Position numbers and translations under genes: made by a program
NCBI GenBank assembly: GCA_040771865.1
Contig: JAXGZF010000010.1
Span: 1-64,000, forward strand
DNA: 64,000 nt
Direction: 5' to 3'
Origin: Desulfobacterales bacterium
GTDB lineage: Bacteria; Desulfobacterota; Desulfobacteria; Desulfobacterales; UBA2245
Notes under the pieces: model-generated
What the model saw: the letters and a program-made list of their open reading frames with translations, nothing else
What the model was told of the DNA's origin: nothing
Databases searched by the model: none
Shown here: in pieces, positions 19,814 to 28,716 of the stretch
Layout of the letters: each line of letters begins with the position of its first letter
Numbering within the stretch: the first letter of the stretch is position 1

Positions 19814-20756
19814 CCGTCAAAGCCTGCCGCTCTCATCCATAGATGATCAGACGCAGACTTACAGGATTACGACTGAAGAAAACTGCTCCGATCTGATCGC
19901 ATCCATTGAATATCTCGGATTGATTCATTCTCCGATTCTGATGCCTGCTAACGAGGGGTACGAGGTCATCAGCGGTTTCAGGCGCGTTCGCGCGTGTCGA
20001 AAACTCGGATGGAGTTGTCTTGATGCCAGAGTGCTTTCTGCCGATACGCCGGCTATTGAATGCGCCTGCCTGGCTATTGCCGAGAACTCGATGCCGCGTC
20101 CTCTGAACTGGCTTGAGATTGCCCGATCGTTTGCACTCCTCGATAAAAGCGGCATAATTCCGGAAAGCCTGAGCCGAACCGCCGCCGCGCTCAGATTGCC
20201 CTGTCATCCCGAAATCATCAAGAAAATACGCAGGATCTCCGGGCTTTCCGAATATGTTCAAAAATGCGTTCTTCATGAGACGATTTCGTTCGCCATGGCC
20301 CAGGAACTTGCAAACAGATCTGCAGACGAGGCCGATTGTTTTGCCAGACTCTTCGAGGATCTGAAGCTGAGTTTAAACAAACAGAGAGAATTATTAAGTC
20401 TGACTGACGAAATTTCTCGTAGAGAAGAAATCAGTGTAATGGGAGTGCTTAATGGTCAGCGCTTTCAGGAGATTCTTCAAGATGACCGGCTGGATCGTGC
20501 GCAGAAAGCGCAACAGCTCAGATTCTGTTTGAAGCAGCGTCGTTTTCCGAATATGACCCGCACTTATGAGAATTTCAACGAACATCTTCAGCGGCTTGAA
20601 TTGACAGCCGGCATCGAGCTGTCCCCGCCCGGAAATTTTGAAGGTCGCGATTACACCTTCAGTCTTGTTTTTCATGATTTATTCCAATTAAAGAAACAGA
20701 TTGATTTTCTGAACCGTCTTTTGTCTCACCCAGATCTTCACACGCTGATCTTCTGA
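19800..20756 (+). CDS. ParB/Srx N-terminal domain protein (no adjacent parA)
   Basis: [25 protein letters not shown]. Confidence 0.75.
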   Translation: MMDFNRQSLPLSSIDDQTQTYRITTEENCSDLIASIEYLGLIHSPILMPANEGYEVISGFRRVRACRKLGWSCLDARVLSADTPAIECACLAIAENSMPRPLNWLEIARSFALLDKSGIIPESLSRTAAALRLPCHPEIIKKIRRISGLSEYVQKCVLHETISFAMAQELANRSADEADCFARLFEDLKLSLNKQRELLSLTDEISRREEISVMGVLNGQRFQEILQDDRLDRAQKAQQLRFCLKQRRFPNMTRTYENFNEHLQRLELTAGIELSPPGNFEGRDYTFSLVFHDLFQLKKQIDFLNRLLSHPDLHTLIF

Positions 20757-20828
20757 TAACCTCCTATTAGAAATTTAAATGTTTCAGGCATCTATGTAAG
20801 TATATTTATATAATAATATACAATTTAC

Positions 20829-20856
20829 TTGACAAACATATTATAACTTCTATAAT
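20829..20856 (+). promoter_or_regulatory. Consensus sigma70 promoter of the TetR gene
   Basis: TTGACA-16 nt-TATAAT. Confidence 0.8.
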
Positions 20857-20863
20857 TCCATAC

Positions 20864-20883
20864 ATGAATTAAATGGAATTCAT
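20864..20883. promoter_or_regulatory. Palindromic operator candidate (TetR autoregulation)
   Basis: ATGAATT-N6-AATTCAT between the -10 box and the tetR start. Confidence 0.55.
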
Positions 20884-20886
20884 TTT

Positions 20887-21543
20887 ATGGGAATCAAACA
20901 GCGCAAAAAAAGGGAAAAAGAAAGAAGACGGCAACAGATCATGGTCGCCGCCAAAAGAGTTTTTGCCGAAAAGGGATTCACCAGAACCACCATTGAAGAT
21001 ATTGCCAGAGAAGCTGAACTGAGTCCGGGAACCTTGTATCTTTATTTCAAGAACAAGGATGAACTCTATGCTTCGCTTTCCCTCAGAATTTTAAAATACC
21101 TCCAGATTCGTCTTGAAGATCTGCACATCACAAAAGGCCTGAGCCCCGAGCAACGCGTCGGCTTGCTTAAGGAACTGCTTTACGATGTCTATGAGTTTGA
21201 TCCGACGATTCTGATCAACATGTTTCACCTTCAATCCGGAGACACAATGAAAAATTTATCCCCGGAGTTGCTCTCGGAGATTAAAACCATGTCGGATCAG
21301 GCCCTGTCGATACTTTCCAAAATATTTGAAGATGTCGATCAGAAAGGGGCCTTTGTTGATAAAAATCCACTGGTCCTTGCCAACATTCTTTGGGCGCTTT
21401 TCGCGGGCATCGTTTTGTGGGAAGAAAGCAAGCAGACCGTCTCAGAAAAGAGCAGCAGCAACCTGAAACAGACCCTGGAAACCGCGTTTGATATTTTTCA
21501 CCGGGGTATCTTAAAGATCGAACGAAACGAAAACAACACCTGA
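20887..21543 (+). CDS. TetR/AcrR family transcriptional regulator
   Basis: TTIEDIAREAELSPGTLYLYFKNKDEL HTH. Confidence 0.95.
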   Translation: MGIKQRKKREKERRRQQIMVAAKRVFAEKGFTRTTIEDIAREAELSPGTLYLYFKNKDELYASLSLRILKYLQIRLEDLHITKGLSPEQRVGLLKELLYDVYEFDPTILINMFHLQSGDTMKNLSPELLSEIKTMSDQALSILSKIFEDVDQKGAFVDKNPLVLANILWALFAGIVLWEESKQTVSEKSSSNLKQTLETAFDIFHRGILKIERNENNT

Positions 21544-21836
21544 TACAATCCGATCATTTTTGTAAGCCGATTCCGATTTTTTGCCGCAAGCCGCCATGAA
21601 AACGGGTTTTTCTGCCGTAAACACATATTTACATCAAATATAAAGCTGTGGTATAATTATAAATTATTATATCCATTTATAATAAAAGGATTTTTTGTGC
21701 CAAAGGCGTGGTTTTGACGGCTTGAATTCAGAATACAGCGAGCCGCTCAATTCCTGTGCGAAGTTATCGAGATTTTTTGTTGTGGAAAACTCAGGCGACT
21801 GATGAATTCAGTCGCCTCCTTGAAGGAGACAGGTAC

Positions 21837-23876
21837 ATGCCGGATAAAAAAGTTGTCAAAACAACCGAGGCTGAAATCGCCGTTCATTGGAAAGAAGAGG
21901 AATATTATTATCCTTCGACCCGTTTTATAGCGCAGGCCAATCTGACCGATGAGAGCATCTTCGACCGTTTCGGTCTGGATCGTTTTCCGGATTGTTTCAA
22001 GGAATATGCCGATCTGCTCGATTGGGACCGGTACTGGCACACCATCCTCGATACCAGCGACGCTCCGTGCTGGAAGTGGTTTACAGGCGGAAAACTCAAT
22101 GCCTCCTATAACTGTATCGACCGTCATCTCGTCAAAGACAGGAACAAGACAGCCATCCATTTTGTTCCGGAACCCGAAACCGAACGGATCGAACATATCA
22201 CTTATCAGGGGCTTTACAGAAGAGTGAATGAATTTGCGGCTCTGCTTCGAGATTTTGCCGGCTTGAAGACCGGAGACCGTGTGACGCTGCATATGCCCAT
22301 GGTGCCGGAACTTCCGATTACGATGCTGGCCTGCGCCAGACTGGGGATTATTCATTCAGAAGTATTCGGCGGTTTCAGCGGCAAGGCGTGCGCCGACCGG
22401 ATCATCGATTCCGGAAGCGAGGTACTGATTACCATTGACGCATATTACCGGGGCGGGAAGCTGCTGGATCACAAGAGCAAGGCCGATGCGGCCGTCGAGG
22501 CTTCACGGAAAGAGGGCCACCATGTTAAAAAGGTGCTGATCTGGCAACGGTATCACGGAAAATATTCCTGCGAAACCCCGCTTGTAAAAGACCGGGATTA
22601 TGTCGTCAACGATCTTTTGAAGAACTATCGGGGCAGAATCGTTCCGCCGGTTTCCATGCCGGCCGAGGCGCCCCTGTTTCTCATGTACACAAGCGGCACT
22701 ACCGGAAAACCCAAGGGCTGCCAGCACAGCACCGGCGGCTATATGGCTTATGTGACAGCTACTGCCAAGCATATTCTCGATATTCATCCCGAGGATGTAT
22801 ACTGGTGCATGGCGGACATCGGATGGATCACGGGCCATTCCTATATTGTCTATGGTCCTCTGTCTCTGGGCGGGACTACTGTTATTTATGAAGGCATTCC
22901 GACCTACCCGGATCCGGGACGGGCCTGGCGCCTTGCCGAAGAGCTGAATGTCAACATTTTCCATACTGCGCCCACAGCCATTCGCAGTCTGCGAAAGATC
23001 GGACCGGATGAACCGGCAAAATACAATTGTCACTTCAAACTCCTGACCACAGTGGGCGAGCCCATTGAGCCCGAGGTGTGGAAGTGGTATCAGGAGGTGG
23101 TCGGCAAGGGCGAGGCGGTCGTTGTGGATACCTGGTGGCAGACGGAAACCGGCGGATTTCTGTGCAGTACCGTTCCGGCCCTGAAACCCATGAAACCAGG
23201 AAGCGCGGGGCCGGCAGTTCCTGGAATACATCCGGTAATATTCGATGAAGAAGGCAACGAGATTAAGCCCGGAGACGGCAAAGCCGGCAATATATGCATC
23301 CGCAACCCCTGGCCCGGCGCCTTTCAAACCATATGGGGAGACCGGGAGCGGTATGTTGAAGCTTATTATGCGCGCTATTGCAAAAATCCGAAAAGCAAGG
23401 ACTGGCGGGATTGGCCCTACCTGACCGGCGATGCCGCGGTTCAGGATAAAGACGGATACTATCGGATTCTGGGCCGAATCGATGACGTAATCAATGTGTC
23501 AGGGCACCGGCTTGGAACCAAAGAGATCGAATCCGCGGCACTGGTGGTTTTGGAAGTGGCGGAAGCAGCTGTTGTGGCCGTGGCCGATTCGCTCAAGGGA
23601 ACGGTTCCGGATCTTTATGTTTCATTGAAACCCGGATTCCAGCCCAGCCAGGAAATTGAAAAAAAGGTGGCCGACAGCATTATCGACGCGATCGGCAGAA
23701 TCGCAAGTCCCCGAAAAATATGGATTGTCAGCGACATGCCCAAAACGCGGTCGGGTAAGATCATGCGGCGGGTTCTTGCTGCCATTTCCAACGAGAAAGA
23801 TGTGGGAGACACAACCACCCTGGCCAACCCGGAGATCGTTGAAGAAATTCAGAAAATGGTCGCCGGTCAGCACTGA
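21837..23876 (+). CDS. acs: Acetyl-CoA synthetase (AMP-forming)
   Basis: YTSGTTGKPKG, DTWWQTETG, PKTRSGKIMRR; AAGGAG RBS before ATG 21837. Confidence 0.96.
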   Translation: MPDKKVVKTTEAEIAVHWKEEEYYYPSTRFIAQANLTDESIFDRFGLDRFPDCFKEYADLLDWDRYWHTILDTSDAPCWKWFTGGKLNASYNCIDRHLVKDRNKTAIHFVPEPETERIEHITYQGLYRRVNEFAALLRDFAGLKTGDRVTLHMPMVPELPITMLACARLGIIHSEVFGGFSGKACADRIIDSGSEVLITIDAYYRGGKLLDHKSKADAAVEASRKEGHHVKKVLIWQRYHGKYSCETPLVKDRDYVVNDLLKNYRGRIVPPVSMPAEAPLFLMYTSGTTGKPKGCQHSTGGYMAYVTATAKHILDIHPEDVYWCMADIGWITGHSYIVYGPLSLGGTTVIYEGIPTYPDPGRAWRLAEELNVNIFHTAPTAIRSLRKIGPDEPAKYNCHFKLLTTVGEPIEPEVWKWYQEVVGKGEAVVVDTWWQTETGGFLCSTVPALKPMKPGSAGPAVPGIHPVIFDEEGNEIKPGDGKAGNICIRNPWPGAFQTIWGDRERYVEAYYARYCKNPKSKDWRDWPYLTGDAAVQDKDGYYRILGRIDDVINVSGHRLGTKEIESAALVVLEVAEAAVVAVADSLKGTVPDLYVSLKPGFQPSQEIEKKVADSIIDAIGRIASPRKIWIVSDMPKTRSGKIMRRVLAAISNEKDVGDTTTLANPEIVEEIQKMVAGQH

Positions 23877-23896
23877 ATTGATTTTCAATTGTTTTA

Positions 23897-23928
23897 CACC
23901 CTGCCTTGATTATATTCAGGGCAGGGTG
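23897..23928 (+). terminator. Hairpin after acs (terminator or stabilising stem)
   Basis: CACCCTGCCTTGA-N6-TCAGGGCAGGGTG followed by AATTTT. Confidence 0.55.
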
Positions 23929-23936
23929 AATTTTAT

Positions 23937-25052
23937 ATGAAAGGGCGAAAAACAGGTTTGACGATTTCAAGGGTTTATATAGATGCTTCCATCGCCGATT
24001 CTCCGAAACTTGAGAGCTTTTTGGCAAAGACACATGCTCCCTACCAGGTTGTCGGAGATGCCCGGACCGTTTTTGAAGCGATCGAGGCAGACGATGATCC
24101 GGTCGAAAAGGCCAAGCATATCCTGTATCTGACACGCAACCGGGGCGCCTTTATTCGGGATTGTCCCGGAACCCGAAACTATACCTGCTGCGGGTATCGT
24201 ATTCTGCATATCGGCACGTTCTGCATCATGGACTGTTCCTATTGCATACTGCAGTCTTACTTTCATCCGCCGGTTCTTCAATATTTTCTCAATCATGAGG
24301 ACATGTGCGCCGAACTGGATGCCATGTTTGCTCGAAAACAGACAGTTCGCATCGGAACCGGCGAATTTACCGACAGCATGATCTGGGAGTTGTGGACGGA
24401 TCTGTCTTCTTTCCTGGTGCCCCGCTTTGCTTCGCAGCGATCCTGCGTACTGGAATTAAAAACCAAGGCAACCGTTGTTCAGCCTCTGCAGAGGCTTTCG
24501 CACAACCGAAAGACCATCATGGCTTGGTCGGTCAATGCCGATGCCGTCATTCGGAATGAAGAGAGAAACACGTCCTCTTTGAGCGCAAGACTCAAAGCCG
24601 CCGCGCTTTGTCAAAGCTGGGGATATCCGCTGGCTTTTCATTTTGACCCCATGATCATCTATGAAGGATGCGAGCTGGATTACCTGCAGGCGGCTGAGCA
24701 AATTTTTTCGGCAGTGGATGCCAGAAATATCGTATGGATCAGCATGGGGGCCTTCCGTTTCATGCCGGCGCTCAAACCGATTATTCAAAAACGGTTTCCG
24801 GCCTCCAAAATCGTTTATGGAGAATTTATTCCGGGAATGGACGCCAAAATGCGATATTTCAAGCCGCTTCGAATTGAGCTGTACCGAAAACTGGCAGGCC
24901 GAATTCGGGAAATAGCGCCGAATGTTCGAATTTATCTGTGCATGGAAAGCGATGAGGTCTGGGAAAAGACTTTCGGATACAAACCGGCGGATCTGGGAGG
25001 ACTGCCGTTCATGCTGGACCAGAGCGCCAGGGAGCATTGTGGTGCTGAATAG
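23937..25052 (+). CDS. Radical SAM protein, spore photoproduct lyase (SplB)-like
   Basis: CIMDCSYCILQ (CX3CX2C), GTGEFTDS, ELKTK, FHFDP, KMRYF, YLCME. Confidence 0.85.
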   Translation: MKGRKTGLTISRVYIDASIADSPKLESFLAKTHAPYQVVGDARTVFEAIEADDDPVEKAKHILYLTRNRGAFIRDCPGTRNYTCCGYRILHIGTFCIMDCSYCILQSYFHPPVLQYFLNHEDMCAELDAMFARKQTVRIGTGEFTDSMIWELWTDLSSFLVPRFASQRSCVLELKTKATVVQPLQRLSHNRKTIMAWSVNADAVIRNEERNTSSLSARLKAAALCQSWGYPLAFHFDPMIIYEGCELDYLQAAEQIFSAVDARNIVWISMGAFRFMPALKPIIQKRFPASKIVYGEFIPGMDAKMRYFKPLRIELYRKLAGRIREIAPNVRIYLCMESDEVWEKTFGYKPADLGGLPFMLDQSAREHCGAE

Positions 25053-25686
25053 GAAATGGGTTTTATTCCGAATCGCCGAATTACTGAGCACGCTGCTATT
25101 CCTTGCAGGCTACTGGTCGTGGTGCCATGCAAACGAGTGGGGTTATGTCGATCGGGTGGACGATGGGGACAGTATTGTTCTGGTCGACGGCCGCCGGATA
25201 CGGTATCTTGGAATTAATGCACCTGAAATTCAGCATGCCGGAAAATCCAGCGAGCCTTTCGGCAAGGCGGCAATGCGCTTTAACAGAGATCTGGTGCTGC
25301 ATCAAAAAGTTCGACTCGAGTACGATGCCGAGCTGCAGGATGCCTATGGCCGTGATTTGGCCTATCTGTTTCTTTCGAACGGGGTTTTTGTAAATGCGGA
25401 AATCGTCCGGCACGGATATGCGCACTGTCTGCCGAGCGCGCTCAACAAACGGTATGAAACTCTTCTGCTTTTGTCCCAGCGTGAAGCCATGGTGCAGGGA
25501 AGGGGGATCTGGCAGAAGATGAAAAAAGGCTTCGAACGGCTGGTTGGCAATATGAATTCAAAACGTTTTCATCGACCGGGGTGTCAAGCCGCCAGGAATA
25601 TGCGACAGGCCAATAAACTCTTTTTTTATGGAAAGTGGAATGCCTTCTGGAACGGCTATGCGCCCTGCAAACAATGTCTGCCCTGA
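25042..25686 (+). CDS. Thermonuclease (SNase) with C-terminal Ada-type metal-binding domain
   Basis: VDDGDS, IRYLGINAPE, DAYGRDLAY; FHRPGC...GYAPCKQC; hydrophobic N-terminus; start uncertain (25039 or 25042). Confidence 0.88.
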   Translation: MLNRKWVLFRIAELLSTLLFLAGYWSWCHANEWGYVDRVDDGDSIVLVDGRRIRYLGINAPEIQHAGKSSEPFGKAAMRFNRDLVLHQKVRLEYDAELQDAYGRDLAYLFLSNGVFVNAEIVRHGYAHCLPSALNKRYETLLLLSQREAMVQGRGIWQKMKKGFERLVGNMNSKRFHRPGCQAARNMRQANKLFFYGKWNAFWNGYAPCKQCLP

Positions 25687-25712
25687 AAAAGGAAGCCAGG
25701 ATCAAAAAGAGA

Positions 25713-25752
25713 AACGGCCCGCCTGTTTTGAATCGTTCGCAAGCGGGCCGTT
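25713..25752 (-). terminator. Intrinsic terminator downstream of the EF-G paralog
   Basis: AACGGCCCGC...GCGGGCCGTT stem followed by TCTCTTTTT on the minus strand. Confidence 0.7.
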
Positions 25753-25770
25753 ATGTTATGGTGAATATCT

Positions 25771-27837
25771 TTATTCTTTTTCCTTGTTGATTTCTTCGAT
25801 AATTTTTTGAGAAATCTGCGCAGGGACCTCGTCATAATGGGAAAACTCCATGGAGAAGATGCCTCGTCCGGCCGTCATCGAACGAAGATCCGGCGCATAG
25901 GTCAGGAATTCAGACAGGGGAACCTGAGCGTTAATCACCTGATTTTTTCCCTTGGTGTCCATGCCCAGAACGCGTCCTCTCCGGCTGTTGAGATCTCCCA
26001 TAATATCTCCCATGAATTCATCGGGTGTGATAATGGACACTTTCATGATCGGCTCGAGCAATACGGGGCTGGCATCGACGGCGGCCTTTTTGAAGGCAAG
26101 GGAGCCTGCAATCTTGAAGGCCATTTCCGATGAATCCACCGCGTGGTACGAACCAAAATCCAGAGTGGCCCTGAAGTCGACGCAGGGAAAACCCGCCAGA
26201 ACGCCTCTCAGGGCCGCTTCGATGATTCCTTTTTCAACCGCCGGAATGTACTGCCTGGGAACAACGCCCCCAACAATGGCGTCGACAAATTCAAATCCGG
26301 CGCCGCGGGGGAGGGGTTCGATCTGGACCCAGCAGTCACCGTACTGCCCGTGTCCGCCGGACTGTTTCTTGTGTTTTCCCTGCACCCGGACTTTTTTCTT
26401 GATGGTTTCCTTGTACGGCACCTTGGGTACGGTGAGCTGAACATCCACGTTGAACTTGCGCTTGAGTTTTTCCAGCGTTGCCTCAATATGAATCTGTCCC
26501 AGCCCCGAAAGCAGAATTTCCTTGGTTTCCACATTGCGCGTCAGTTTGAGAGCCGTATCTTCCTCGAGAAGTTTATTTAAACCGGAGACGATTTTATCCT
26601 CATCCCCCTTTTCCTTGGCGCCAATGGCAAAGGAGATCAGGATCGGCAGGGATTCGGGAAAATCAAAGGTCAGCTTGTTTGATTCATCGCAAAGGGTGTT
26701 TCCGGTGGTGGTTTCCTTGAGCTTCGCCACGGCGACAATGGAGCCGGGATATGCCTCTGTGACGGGTTTCTGTTCCTTGCCCGCAATTCTCAGCAGTTGA
26801 CTGAAGCGCTCCCGGTTCTGTTTGGTGGCATTATAAAAATTACCGTCTGAACCCAGCTTGCCGGATATGACCCGGAATATGGAAAGTCTTCCCGCATAAG
26901 GGTCCGCAACGGTTTTAAAGACGATTGCTGAAAAAGGAGCATCTGGGTCCGGCGCAACCTCTGCGGTTTCACCGTTGGATTTTTTGGCAGCGCGGTTTCC
27001 ACGGTCCAGCGGAGATGGCATATAATCAGCGATAAAATTCATCAACTGGTCGATTCCGATATTTTCGGTTGCTGAACCACAGAGGACCGGAACCAGTTTT
27101 CCGGCGGCAATTCCATTTCTCAGGGCCTGCCGGATCTGTTCATCGGATAGTGTTTCACCTTCGAGGTATTTTTCCAGCAGTTCGTCATCGGCTTCCGCCA
27201 CGTTTTCGACCATGGCTTCACGCTCGGTTTCCACCTGGTCCTTCATATCGGAGGGAATTTCACTTTCCTTACCTTTTCCGCCTTCGTAAACATGGGCCTT
27301 CATGCTGAGAAGATCGACAACTCCCTTGAAATCGGCTTCGGACCCGATGGGAAGTTGAACCAGAATCGGCTTGGGCTGAAAAAGCTCTGCGGTTTCGCCA
27401 AAAATCCGGAAAAAATCCGATCTTTCCCGGTTGAGTTTATTGATGAAAATCATGCGGGGAAGTCTGAACTCATCGGCAAATTCCCATGCCTGTTCGGTCT
27501 GTACCTTGATGCCGTCCACAGCGTCGATGAGAACGACCAGACTGTCGGCGGCAAACATGCAGTTCTTGGTATCCGAAAAAAAGTTCTGATCGCCCGGCGT
27601 ATCCATCAGGCTGATCGTATGATTTTTCCATTCAAATTGATGAAAAGCTGTGGAAAGGCTCGTTCGGCGTTTGAGCTCCTCGGGTTCGAAATCCATGACC
27701 GTATTTCCGTCTTCAACCCGTCCGATGCGGGTCGTCACCCCTGCGTCAAAAAGCATGGCCTCGGCTAAAGAGGTTTTGCCGGCCCCGCCATGAGCAACCA
27801 GAGCAATATTTCTGAGTTTTTTGGCCTTTTCAATCAT
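25771..27837 (-). CDS. fusA: Elongation factor G paralog (EF-G2 type)
   Basis: AHGGAGKTSL, DTPGD, KKQSGGHGQYG, DSSEMAF; not in an str operon. Confidence 0.93.
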   Translation of the reverse strand: MIEKAKKLRNIALVAHGGAGKTSLAEAMLFDAGVTTRIGRVEDGNTVMDFEPEELKRRTSLSTAFHQFEWKNHTISLMDTPGDQNFFSDTKNCMFAADSLVVLIDAVDGIKVQTEQAWEFADEFRLPRMIFINKLNRERSDFFRIFGETAELFQPKPILVQLPIGSEADFKGVVDLLSMKAHVYEGGKGKESEIPSDMKDQVETEREAMVENVAEADDELLEKYLEGETLSDEQIRQALRNGIAAGKLVPVLCGSATENIGIDQLMNFIADYMPSPLDRGNRAAKKSNGETAEVAPDPDAPFSAIVFKTVADPYAGRLSIFRVISGKLGSDGNFYNATKQNRERFSQLLRIAGKEQKPVTEAYPGSIVAVAKLKETTTGNTLCDESNKLTFDFPESLPILISFAIGAKEKGDEDKIVSGLNKLLEEDTALKLTRNVETKEILLSGLGQIHIEATLEKLKRKFNVDVQLTVPKVPYKETIKKKVRVQGKHKKQSGGHGQYGDCWVQIEPLPRGAGFEFVDAIVGGVVPRQYIPAVEKGIIEAALRGVLAGFPCVDFRATLDFGSYHAVDSSEMAFKIAGSLAFKKAAVDASPVLLEPIMKVSIITPDEFMGDIMGDLNSRRGRVLGMDTKGKNQVINAQVPLSEFLTYAPDLRSMTAGRGIFSMEFSHYDEVPAQISQKIIEEINKEKE

Positions 27838-27960
27838 CTAATTTCCTCTCTGCATTGGATATTTTCAACAACGCCATATGGATCAAACCGGACTTAACTT
27901 AAAACCTCTATCGATTCGCCCCTAAAAAATCAAGCCTTAAATACCGTTTTGTTCAGGCAA

Positions 27961-28716
27961 TTATATTCCGCCCGACGACCGGTTCAGCAGAAGATAAGTG
28001 ATGAATTCCCTGTTTCCTTTGGGTCCGAGAATGGGGGAGGGGATGATTCCCTGGGAAACCAGTCCTGCCTGAAGGAAAAAATCGCAAAGCCGTTCATTAA
28101 CCTCTCTGTGCAGTTCCGGATCTCTAACCACGCCACCCTTTCCGACCCTGCCTTTTCCCACTTCGAACTGGGGTTTGATCAAAGCGATGATGCCTGCGGA
28201 ATCAGCCATGAATTTCAGGATTGCCGGAACGACGATGCGCAGTGAGATAAAGGATGCATCAATCGTGACCAGGTCCACAGGCCAGGGGATTTTGTCTGCG
28301 GACATGTGACGGATATTGGTTCGTTCAATGACCACGACACGAGGATCCTGACGTAGTTTCCAGGCCAGCTGACCGTATCCCACGTCGACCGCAAAAACCT
28401 TTTCGGCTCCGTGTTGAAGCAGGCAATCCGTGAAACCGCCGGTGGAAGCCCCCACGTCCAGGCAAACCCGGCCTGAAGCATCGATTGCAAAATATTCCAG
28501 GGCACGCTCCAGTTTCAATCCGCCCCGGCTCACATAGGGCATGTTTTCTCCCCGGATGATGATTTCGTCCTCAGACGAGACCAGGCTTCCGGGTTTATTC
28601 TCTGGTTGCTGATTGACCAGCACCTTTCCGGCCATGATCAGAGCTTGGGCACGCTGGCGGCTTTGCACCAATACTCTTTCCACCAGAGTCGTATCGAGTC
28701 TTTTCTTCCCGGTCAC
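27961..28716 (-). CDS. tlyA: TlyA family rRNA 2'-O-methyltransferase
   Basis: S4 domain, YVSRGGLKL, DVGASTGGFTD, LIKPQFE. Confidence 0.95.
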   Translation of the reverse strand: MTGKKRLDTTLVERVLVQSRQRAQALIMAGKVLVNQQPENKPGSLVSSEDEIIIRGENMPYVSRGGLKLERALEYFAIDASGRVCLDVGASTGGFTDCLLQHGAEKVFAVDVGYGQLAWKLRQDPRVVVIERTNIRHMSADKIPWPVDLVTIDASFISLRIVVPAILKFMADSAGIIALIKPQFEVGKGRVGKGGVVRDPELHREVNERLCDFFLQAGLVSQGIIPSPILGPKGNREFITYLLLNRSSGGI

